Origin: Vitrella brassicaformis CCMP3155
Taxonomy: Eukaryota; Protista; Chromerida
Direction: 5' to 3'
DNA: 64,000 nucleotides
Assembly (NCBI GenBank): GCA_001179505.1
Contig: CDMY01000499.1
Span: 62,001-126,000 of the forward strand
The notes under the pieces are model-generated. The model saw only the letters and a list, made by a program, of their open reading frames with translations, did not search any database and was not told the origin of the DNA. Of this stretch, positions 51,517 through 61,777 are shown one piece after another. The translations under genes were made by a program, and so were the position numbers. Position 1 is the stretch's first letter. Every line of letters starts with the position of its first letter.

Positions 51517-54150
51517 TCAACCAGAAGACTGAGAGTCAACAGGACACCATGGCCATGGCATTGCTGCCTCCCCGCGACTGTCTTCCACTGCGCACCTGTG
51601 TGCCCTGGTCGGTGACTCGGACGTCTCTCCATCCATCGCCTGAGACGGCATCCACATGCCGGCAGACTGCCTGTGCCGTCGGCTGCCTCGCCGACCCCCT
51701 GTGATGCCCTCATCTGCCAGCCGCCCAACGCCCCCTGCTGCCTCCGTCTCTTGTGGCTGGTTGCTACTGGTGGTGGTGGTGGTGGTGTTGATGGGCGTGT
51801 TCTTGCCCAGTGGACCATCGTGTGCTGAGGGCGGGAGGGGGGGCGGGGCGGCCGATGAGGATGATGAGGTGCTCGCGCACGCCGCAGCGCCAGACTGGCC
51901 AGAACAGACAGAAAGGCACACAAAGGAAGGATATGCAGCCGCTGCACAGCACGTGTCTATCGGTTCACCTGGCTGCTATGAGTGTCTGGGAGTGCGAGAA
52001 GACCGCCGCCCGCCGATGTGGACCGATTGGAGGCATCCTGAAGCAGACGGGCCCGAGTTTCGGCGGCCTCTTTGATGATGAGCCGCTGGTGCTCCGACAG
52101 GCCGCCCAGCAGGATGGCAAACATGCTGATGCACGCCTCGGTCACCTCCTCGAAGCCCACTGCCCCAGCCCACACGACGGGCAGGTCAGCCGAGCCGAAT
52201 GCACCGTGAGGTTCCAGGCTAAGACCCACACGCTCGCTACCGGCGGAACCGCAGGTAGCCTGAGATGCCGCCCTCAGCTGCCGCAATGCGAAGCGCTCCT
52301 CGGGTTGGCGGGGACGAATAAGATCTGAGAGCTGTGTGTCAGTCTTGATGAGTGCCAGAGTGACGGTCAGTGCGGTGGTGAGAGGGACGGGGCGGTGGGG
52401 TTGGGGTGGTGCGTGGGGTAAAGCTACGCCGCGAGCAGCTCGCTCGTTGGCCACAGAATCTGTCACACACAGAGAAGAAAGACAGATGTACACGTGTGGA
52501 CGTGCTGCCCTTCCCTTGCCCGCCTGCATGGCCGCCTGTTTGCATACCTGCGATTTGCCGCAAGAAGGCCTGCATCCTCTTGCCGGGGTCTATGGGGTCT
52601 GTCGGACGAACAAGCTCCGCCCACACAGGTGAGGCCACCAGGCCATCCACCACGGCCCGCCCAGCTGACAGTGCCGTCTGCAGTGCCGTGTCTGTCGCGG
52701 CAGCCGCCCACTGAGTGTGGTGCAGGCCGGTGATCTCGAAGACAAAGCCGATCGTGTCCATCGAACCACCAGGAAAGGACGCTTTCTTGACCACACTGAC
52801 GTTGGTCGACTCGACCTTCTTGCTCTCCTTCTTGGCCATTGTCTTGGCTGTCTGTGCCGCCTGCTTGACTTCTGCCGAGAGCTGCTGCTGCTGCTGCTGC
52901 TGTGGGGCGGAGGGGGGAGGGCACTCGATGATGGACGGAAGGCAGCGGGGCGAGGGGGATGAGGAGGGAGGCCGTTGGGACATCTCTCGCTGTATGTCCG
53001 ACACCAAGCTGCGTGCTTGCTGGGTCTCCAGCACTAGGTTGTGAGTGCGCATGTGGTCAGGGGACGCACCATGCTGAAGCAGCAGGCGGACGACCTGCTT
53101 CAGTCTGTCGATCTCGTCCGGGCGCTTCTCGTTCAGCATATAACTAAGGTGCACGCCCGCGAGTTCAATTGGCAAGAGATCCTGCCCATTTCTCTTGTTG
53201 ATCTCCTCCCTCACAAGCCGCTCGCACAGCCACTCCACCGCACTCGGTGCACCCGCCATGACGGCGAAATCAAGGGGCGTGACGCTTTTTGCACCCTTGG
53301 CGGTGAGGGAGGCGCCGTGTTGGGCCAGCAGGTCTAGGTACGAGCGCATGAACTCCGACGGCAGTGACCGCGACGCCGCCATGTGCATGGGGGTGGCCCC
53401 GCTGTCCTTGAGCTGCTCAGTCGCCAGTGTCCGGTCGTGGTCGAACAGCCGGCGATAGACGTCGAGGAGGGAGCTGTAATACTGTGGGCCGGGGGATGGG
53501 GGAAGGGCACTTCGAGGCGGGAGGTAGCCCAGCTGCAGGCCGCGCACAGCCGCCTTAGCCTTGAGCAGCACCTCCACAGCCGTCGGGTTGGCGCAATCGC
53601 GTGCCCACGCGAGGGGTGCCAGGTTGCCGCGGTTCACGTCTGCCCCATTGGCGATGAGCGCCTCGAGCACCTTCCGCTGTGTCTCACGAGATGGCCAGGG
53701 AAAGAGGCGGAGCTCCTTGTCGTTCACATTCAAGACACATACAGGGCTGTCGACCCCGTCAATGGCGATGGTGAGCAAGCCGTAGGGCTCCACTTGATCG
53801 CCCTCTTTGGCCACGCTAATGTTCATGTCAGCATCAGCTCCTTTCTCATGGCAAAGCCTTGCGATTTGGGAGTCTGGCTCGGGTGCGCGGCACATGATGA
53901 CGGACGCCAGCCGGCGGTTCGCGGGGCTGTTGCGCTCACTGCCATCCCTGCCGCTGATCGTGGTGAGAGAGAAGACCTGCAGACTGAGCGGGGCATCAAG
54001 TTGCCGCTCGTACGATCGCCCCTCGTCAGTCTGAATGGACAAAGCAAACAGACGAGGAAGAGATCTCCCCTTTTCCTTTTCCTCCTTCCCACTGACCTGG
54101 CTGGACGGCGGCATGCGATCTGCCGACGAATGAGAGGCGGCAGCCGCCAT
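51517..54150 (-). CDS. Ankyrin-repeat protein with unrecognised C-terminal domain (gene C)
   Basis: ORF 52339-54150 has the family ANK head (WPSRETQRKVLEALIANGADVN, GATPMHMAA, VTPLDFAV). It splices in frame (ATCGCAG|GTATGC) to DSVANERAARG...VTEACISMFAILLGG and a low-complexity last exon ending at TGA 51519-51517. Confidence 0.8.
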
Positions 54151-54199
54151 CTCACGCCCACCAAAGCCAATCAGTCACTCCAGCCATCCTACCATCCAC

Positions 54200-54330
54200 C
54201 TGCACAACACAGATAGAGAGGGCTGTTTGTGCGTTGCTTTGCCTTTGTTTCCCCCTGCTTTGCATTCGGTCCGGTGGCTGACCTGTGTGAGGCCTCCCGC
54301 CTCCCTCGACGGCCGGGCTTCGCCTCTGGC
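54200..54330 (-). promoter_or_regulatory. Putative 5' UTR exon/intron of gene C
   Basis: ACACAG|GTCAGCCA donor near 54282 and TGTGCAG acceptor near 54200, ahead of the ATG at 54150. Homologous to the element upstream of gene A. Confidence 0.55.
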
Positions 54331-54572
54331 CGGCTCTCCAGCGCTCGTCGATGAGTGAATCAACGCTGAAGGACCAGCAGCTACACCACAGCCGGACTCC
54401 AGGCCACCACAGCACTATACACTCCTCCAATCCTCCTTTCTGACTCACAAAGGTGCGAGCTTGAAAGAATTTCAGCTCGCACTGGATGCAGATCGGAAGA
54501 CCACACACAGACAACAGTGCGTTGCTAGGCCGTGGCACGGAGAGATCACCGCCTTGTTTCAAAATTGCCTCG

Positions 54573-55381
54573 ATGGCTTTGGCTCGGGCCTCTGTCGCTC
54601 TCCGAGGCGTCCGCCGGCCTGTGGCGGCATCGGCCTCGCAGTCGTGTGTGGGGTGGTCAGACGGCGGCAGGCGACACTACAACAAGCCGTTCAAGTCGTA
54701 CTGGGAGTACAAGCCCATGGACAATAGGCCTTTGGAAACGGTAGGCTCGAGGAGTGATGGACACCTCACACACGCAGCCCGATGGATGCTCTCTGTGTGT
54801 TTGTCAATTGCCGTCCCGTGTGCTGTGTGTTGCTCAGTGGGAGGAGGTTGAGATGAATCGTCCGAGGAATCCTTCGGTCAACGAGGGCTACGCGCGGCCG
54901 ACCAAGGCGCCCACGCAGTTTGAGCTCACTCGCGAACAGTTCCACCAATTCATGAGGGGTACGTCGGCGGATGGGTAGCGGCGGTCATGGCTCACCGTGT
55001 GCGTTGTGTGTGTGTGTGTGTGTGCAGGTACGCCCAAGGCGTTCAGTCCTCGTCTGAAGGGGAATCTGACGGCGATCGGTTTGGTCATGTTTATGGCTTT
55101 TGAGATGGCCTTCACCTTTTACCAAATGCGGCCCGACGACTTCGAGTGGGTCGAAGACGAACGGTGCGCACACCAGCTCACCTCCACACATACATGGATG
55201 GATGGATCGATGGATGGATGGACGCCATCGTGTATGTGTGTGCAGGAAGCGCCTCGAGGCCGCCCGCAAGAAGCTCGACCGCATTCTTGCGGAGCAGGCC
55301 AAGCAGCAGGCCGAGGCGAAAGCCGAACTGGAGAGCTCTGACGCGCCGCGGCTGCCGCTACGGGCGGCAGGTGACGACTGA
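54573..55381 (+). CDS. Mitochondrial single-TM protein, COA3/CCDC56-like (cytochrome c oxidase assembly)
   Basis: The N-terminus is Arg/Ala-rich like a presequence (MALARASVALRGVRRPV). RLKGNLTAIGLVMFMAFEMAFTFYQMRPDDFEWVEDE followed by a coiled coil resembles the Coa3 N..G-TM-TFY..-DDF pattern. 4 exons. Confidence 0.5.
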
Positions 55382-55662
55382 CGAACTGCCGGGAGGGGGG
55401 GGGTGTTTCGACAAGTGGCTGGCGGCGAGTGGGGTCGGGTTTTGCGATTGAGTGTGCCTCTTGGACGGACGGATGGGTGCACGGACGCCGATTTGAAGCG
55501 TCATTTATGTGTGTGCGCGTAGTAGCGATGCAGTCAGTGCTGCATCTGATGTGGCCGACGTGACCGTATTCGATTACCTCCAAATGACTTGAGCATTCAT
55601 TCACTCATGAACAGTCAGCTAGTCTGCATACACGGGGGAATCCCCCTCCCTCCCTCCCTCCC

Positions 55663-56730
55663 TCATCCCACTACCGTCCCTCTGTTGATGACGTCATCCG
55701 CCAAGTCGAAGTGGCTCAGCACGGCACTCCAGCGGGGCATCGACTGCGGGAAGCGGTCGACCAGCGGCTGAGACCGGTCGCCAAGAGACCGCTCGGTCGT
55801 CCACAGATTGATATAGCCCCAGCTCTCCTCCAGAAATGCAGCGACCCTGTCGTTGGGCCGGAAGCCGCTCACAATCACACGACGACGATCTTCTGGGTTG
55901 GCATAATTGAGATTGCCGAAGTCGAAGCGGAAGTCCACAGCGATGCCCTGCTGCTCGCTGATGCCCTCTGTCAGCAGACGGCGATAGCGGGGGTCCCCAC
56001 GGTCGATGTGTGCATTCAGCACATGCCTGTGGCCCACCCCCTCCTGATGGTGCCACCGCTCGAGCAGCGTGAGCACCAAGGACGAGGCGAATGAGCGGTA
56101 GAGGTAGTCGGCCCGGCGGGTAACGGGATCAGTTGTCTTGTAGCCGCTGCGATAGGGATAGTTGGCCGGCAGGTCACTCAACGGCAGCACACGGAACGAC
56201 TCATTTCCGATCCGATAAGCATCGTTGTTGGCTCGCTGAAGCTGCAGGCTCGTCCCCTGGTAGGTGAGGCGGTGGCCGATGGTCTTGTAAACGGCCATGG
56301 CGAGGGGCAGCTGGTGGAGGGCTGCTGGGGTGGGCAGTGCATCAGCCGACAGCCGCAAGGGCAGAGTGGCAGTGGGTGTGAGCAGATAGATGGTGGCCAG
56401 CCGAATGAACCGCCCCATCCCCCGCCACTCGTCGCCACTGCCCTGCTCCAGCAGATAAACCACCTTCAAGCCGTCCTCCAGACCACCGACATCGAAGACC
56501 AGGACGTCGTCAAGCTCCAGACGACCAATGGCCTCCTCTATGCGCTGCTCGACGAGTGTCAGTGCGGTGCTGTCCTCGGCCTGCGGCAATCTGTGGATGC
56601 ATTGACGGAGTCTGGCGCGTCTGGCGGGGTGGGGTGACATGGCCATGTCTGCCGCCCTGGTGATGGCAAGGTCGGGCAGAGAGGGGACTGCCGGAGGGGC
56701 GGCGGGGGGCCGGGGAGTGGTGGGGGGCAT
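55663..56730 (-). CDS. Intronless 355-aa hypothetical protein
   Basis: Single uninterrupted ATG-initiated ORF with globular composition and no microsatellite introns. No family recognised from sequence alone. Confidence 0.8.
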   Translation of the reverse strand: MPPTTPRPPAAPPAVPSLPDLAITRAADMAMSPHPARRARLRQCIHRLPQAEDSTALTLVEQRIEEAIGRLELDDVLVFDVGGLEDGLKVVYLLEQGSGDEWRGMGRFIRLATIYLLTPTATLPLRLSADALPTPAALHQLPLAMAVYKTIGHRLTYQGTSLQLQRANNDAYRIGNESFRVLPLSDLPANYPYRSGYKTTDPVTRRADYLYRSFASSLVLTLLERWHHQEGVGHRHVLNAHIDRGDPRYRRLLTEGISEQQGIAVDFRFDFGNLNYANPEDRRRVIVSGFRPNDRVAAFLEESWGYINLWTTERSLGDRSQPLVDRFPQSMPRWSAVLSHFDLADDVINRGTVVG

Positions 56731-57199
56731 GTGATGCGACGACGACGCCTTCGGTGGGTGAGAGATCTGAATGAATCAAAAGAGGAAGGACATACAAACG
56801 AGGAAATGGCAATCAGTCAGTCAGACGAGTGCCATGGCAGGGCGGGATGCTCTGCTTACCTCAGCCAGACACCGTCACAGCAGAGAGGCGGGGGGAGTGA
56901 GCCGTGGTGAATGAGTGGCTCTGCAGACACACAGCACAAGCGTCATGCAGCACCTGCCAGACTGACTGACCCGCCACGAGGGATGCTTAGCTCGCACGGG
57001 GGGCCCGTCCTTTTTGTTTCGGAGGAACTTGAAGGGAGGACCCATACCGAAACACCATAATTGCATCCGGTGCTCAGATGAGAATACGGGTGAACGCTAT
57101 GTCGGAGTGGACACGAAATGACACCCCGTCTTCTCATGTCTTTTCTGCGGGGATGCCGGCCGGTGTGTGCAGTACAAGTAGTTGATTTGTTCACTGACG

Positions 57200-60100
57200 A
57201 TGTCGGCCGCCTGCTCCCAGTTTACTGAGAGGAAGAGTTGCTTGAAGAGTTATGTCTTCGACAGCACCAATCCTGCCACTACGGAGCTGGCGACCATGAT
57301 TGCTTGCCGAACTCTAACTTCGACGGAGGATGTCGCTCGTCTCGTCGCGGCAGGAGCGGATAGCAAGGCGGACCTCTATATTATCTTCGGCTCTGACGAC
57401 AAGAAGCTTGTCAACTTGCTGTCTTTGGCCATCGATAGTGAGAACTTCACCAATCCTGTCTTTTGGCATGATGACAAGCAGCTGAACCTCCCAATTTGGC
57501 CCTCTCGCGAGCTGCAACGGGTGGTGCTCGAGGCGCTCATCGCCTATGGAGCAGACGTGAATGGCGGCAGAGCTGAGCCCCATCCCCTTGTGGCGGCTGT
57601 CCTGTTTGCAAACATGACGGCTCTCGAGGTGTTGCTCAGCGCTGGGACGGCGACACGGGGGCTGCGACTAGCCAGGCTCCCACCTCTACCAGAACGCCGT
57701 CCAGGGATCACTCTACAAAAGCCGAGCCGACAGTACGAGACCGCTCTGCTGTCTGTATATCGCCGATTGATGGAGCATGACCCGGCACTCGCCCACGAAC
57801 AGCTCAGTGACGGAATGCTCTCCATGCACTCGGCAGCTGCAGCGAATGCGTCGTTTCTACTCTCGCCAGAGTTCATAGGGGACTATCTGGACATACTGGC
57901 CGCTTACGGCGCGTCTCCCACCGCGAAGAGCGCCCAGGGATTCACGGCACTCCACTGCAACACGATTAAGGGTGCATCGTCTGTAGTAAGATGGCTGTGC
58001 GAAAAGCTGGGGCCTGAGGAGGTCGCGAAGGAGACATCAGAAGATGGTACTTTGGCAGCCGCCGGCGTTCATCTCAATGAGCTGCTGAGACAGAAGGCCT
58101 CTCCCAATGTGATCAACCGACACAAGCAGGCGATCCGTATTCTGCTTGCCCACGGTGCATCCATCGCATCACTCCCGACAGGCACACCAAAGGCGCACCA
58201 CGTGCGTAGGCTGTTACAAGACATCCAAGAAGAGATGCAGCCGCCGGCGAGTGACGCAGCACAGCAACAATATCAAGGGGGGAGAGATGCGGTAACGACG
58301 ATTCGGAAGACTTACCCGCAGCCCGCTCAGATGGAGGAGAAGATATCGTCTTCCTTGGAGAACTGTATCATTGTCCATCAAGGCCGGAACAGCCCGACCC
58401 TTCCCACGATTTTAGTCACTAGGGAACTCGCAATCAAGATCACAAATCGAAGCCTCACATCAGCCGACGACGTGGCGCGTCTCGTCGGAGGAGGGGCCGA
58501 TGTTACAGCGGGTGTCAGTCTTCGTGTCGACTCTGAGTCGTCCTACGGACCCGTTAGTTTGCTCACTGCTGCCGTCAAAAATACCTACACGTCTGTTGAT
58601 GTGTGGAGAGACGCGAGTGGGGAGATGATAGAAGAAGTGGTGAAGGACTTGAAGCTGCCTGCGTGGGAATCCCGTGAGACACAGCGGGCAGTCGTTGAGG
58701 CCCTGATCGCTGCTGGAGCTGACATCGACGGTGGATCGTTTGAGCATAGTGGGCCCATTCATGACGCCTGCCGGTATGCCAACGTGATGGTTGTTGATGC
58801 CTTGCTGACGGCTGGCGCGGCGACAGTCGGGATGCGCTTGGCTTCTCTCCCAGCATCTAATGAAGGCATTCCCTCCCAGCCGAGCCGTGAATACGAGGAT
58901 GCTCTGCTAGACGTCTATCGCCGAGTGCTTAATTGTAACCCCTCCCTCGCCAGCGAGCAGGACGAGAACGGTGTCACTCCTATGCACAGCGCGGCGCTGG
59001 AGAGGGTGTCGCTTTCACTCTCATGCGACTTCATGCGCCTCTATCTGGACCTGTTAGCTGCGCACGGCGCCCCGCTTACCACGAGAAACGCACGGGGAGA
59101 AAGCCCACTTGACATCGCTGTGGCTGAGGGAACTCCGGATGTTGTCGAGTGGCTATGTGGCAAGCTGGGGCCTGAGGAAATCAACAGGAAGGATCCCACC
59201 GGGGCCAAATGGCCAATGTACACCGCGATCGGCAGCCTTTATATGGGGCTGAGAGACAAGGCCCCGCTCGAGGAGATAGACAGAGCCAAGCAAGTGATCC
59301 GCACGCTCCTGGAACATGGTGCATCAGTTGACACTTTCCCCACCAAGACGGCATTGCAGCGCCGCGTTCGCAGCTACGTCCTGGAGATCCAACAAGACAT
59401 CTGCAAAGGGAGCCACACACAGCAGCAAGAGATTGAAGCTGTAACGGCCGCCAAGATCGCCGAGGAGCTCATAGCTGAGGAGGCGAAAGAGAAGGCCAAG
59501 AAGGCCAAAAAGGGCGGTGGGAAGGGCAGCAAGACCGGCAGCGGGACCCAGCCTGCATCTGCTCGGCGAGTTCCGGTGTGTGAGGGGGTTGGTCAAGACA
59601 AGGAGCTGTCGGTGCCGTCCGTATCATCAGACAGCAAGTCGGCAGGCATACTTACAAACGATGGCCTTACAAACGATGGCGAGACAGACGAGTGGCCGCT
59701 TCCCACTTCATCTGCCGATCCTCAAAGGTAAGCGCATGCACACACAGTGAAGACGCTCTATTGGCGTGGGTACTCTCTCTCGGTCTGTGCTGTCTGTCTG
59801 AAGCGTGTGCACTGGTGTCCCTTCATCATCGTGTAGTGTTGCATCTGCTGTGCCTGCCCCCGCCACTCCCATGGCCGAGGCCAGCGATGGCGAGTTCATA
59901 CCCGTGGTCTGCAGAAAGAAGAACAAGAAGAAAGACAACAAACAGCAACGACAGCCGCTTGTCGCCACATGCCAGGAGCCGTACAACCAAAGACAGATAC
60001 TCAAGTAATTTGAGGCCCATTGATGCTCTGGCTGGCCACTGTATGCGTCTTGTCTCCCCTCTGTGTTTTGCGCCATGCAGGACTGATGGTGTTGCCACCT

Positions 60101-61151
60101 CCTCGTCTGGCGGCACTGGCCTAGACACGCCCACGCCAGCACAATCGCGCAGACACCGGTACACACGCGCACAGATGGGCGTGTTCCCAGCTCGGCTGCC
60201 ATCGTGTCCGTGTCATGTCTGCTTTAGCGGCCCACCGCCCCTCGTCCCGACGTATGTACGGCCGTCGGTCAGCCCTTCTGCATTGCCTCCCCGACCACAG
60301 CATGCCCCTCCCCCCGCACCTGCGCGTCCGCTCGGCCCATCTGCATTGGCCCGTCAAATGCAGTGTCCCCCTCCTGCGGCTCCTGTCAGCCCACTCGATT
60401 CATCTTTGCGTCATAATGCAGATCAGGCACCAACACCGACCACCCACAAGAACAGCGGCAGCAGCAGCCATGTGCCAGTGTCGCCCCCTGCTTTCTCGGC
60501 CTTGGCCTCTTCGGTCGCCTGTCAGCCATTCCCATCGGCTACTACCGGTTTGCCTCGATGCGGAACAGAGAGGGACACGATTGCCGCTCCTGCTGTTGCT
60601 GGTTCGGCGAGTGACAGCGAGCGTCTGGTGGACCAACTATGTCGGCAGCTTGAGAAGACACAGCTGGCTGCCAGACAGAGGGAAGAAAAGGCCAAAGAGG
60701 AAAAGGATGCGCTGATACGGCAGCTGCAAGAGACACAATGGAAGTGAGCCAATTGACGCACGTATCAAGCGGGCCTGTCGTACACGATGTCCATGTGTCT
60801 CATGCTGTTTTATGCAGGCTTGCTCAGGCGAAGACTCAACAGCAGATGGAGCAGCACAGCTCACCATCATCGGGCAGCGGCGCCCCTCTGGCCAGTGCAG
60901 CGGACGATGGCGAACATTTGAAGTGTGACGTGTGCATGGACAAGGACAAGAACACTCTACTCATCCCATGTGTAAGCACACCTGCACCCACAGAGATGCC
61001 CCCATGTCTCCGTTGATCGTGTGTGTGTGTGCAGCGTCATTTGTGTCTGTGTGGTGATTGTGCTGGTCGGCTGATGAGCGGCCCTTTGGCAAAGCGGCTG
61101 TGCCCGAGATGCCGACAGCCGATCACAGACACACAGGAGGTCTTCGTGTGA
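57200..61151 (+). CDS. Double ankyrin-module protein with coiled coil and C-terminal C3HC4 RING (putative E3 ligase)
   Basis: The 2.5-kb first exon has two ANK modules (WPSRELQRVVLEALIAYGADVN; WESRETQRAVVEALIAAGADID). The tail exons end LKCDVCMDKDKNTLLIPC|RHLCLCGDC...LCPRCRQPITDTQEVFV*. Confidence 0.9.
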
Positions 61152-61777
61152 GTGAGCAGAGGGAGGGTTAGGCGAAAAGGAACATGACGGGTAGACAGTA
61201 GGAGAATAGCGATGCGGCATCGGACATGCTCTTGGCTGCTTTTGTGTCTGAGAGGTCTGCATATGAAGTTCTAAAGGATGGTCGCAAGGGAAAGGCAAGA
61301 CATATGTCAGTGCCAATTCTGACAATCATCGATGGATCATCTCTCACTCGCCGTCTGGGAGCTGCCCCACCTCTCTCTTTGTGTGCACCCTCAAGGCAGC
61401 ACCTCACGAGCAACACAGAATCCCGATCGCTTTCACCACAAGTGCGCTGCTTGTTCAGAGCCAATGCGACCCAAAAGGTCGGGCGGGCCAGAAAAACACA
61501 CACAGCACACGCAAGCGGCCGCCACATGAATGGAAAGTACACACACGCACCCGGCCGGCCGGCCGGCATTATACACACACATAGCTCAAAAAAGAAAGAA
61601 TCCATCTTCTCCCTCCTTGTTAGCCGTTAGCCACGATTGTCACCTTTACCCTGTCTGTCTGCCTGTCCATCTGCCCCGCCCTCAAAACAACCCAGCAATC
61701 ACACTCCCCCCAGCACACACTCCCCCCCCACAAACACGCACACGTCCCTTCCTCCCTCCCTCCCTCCCTCCCTGCCT

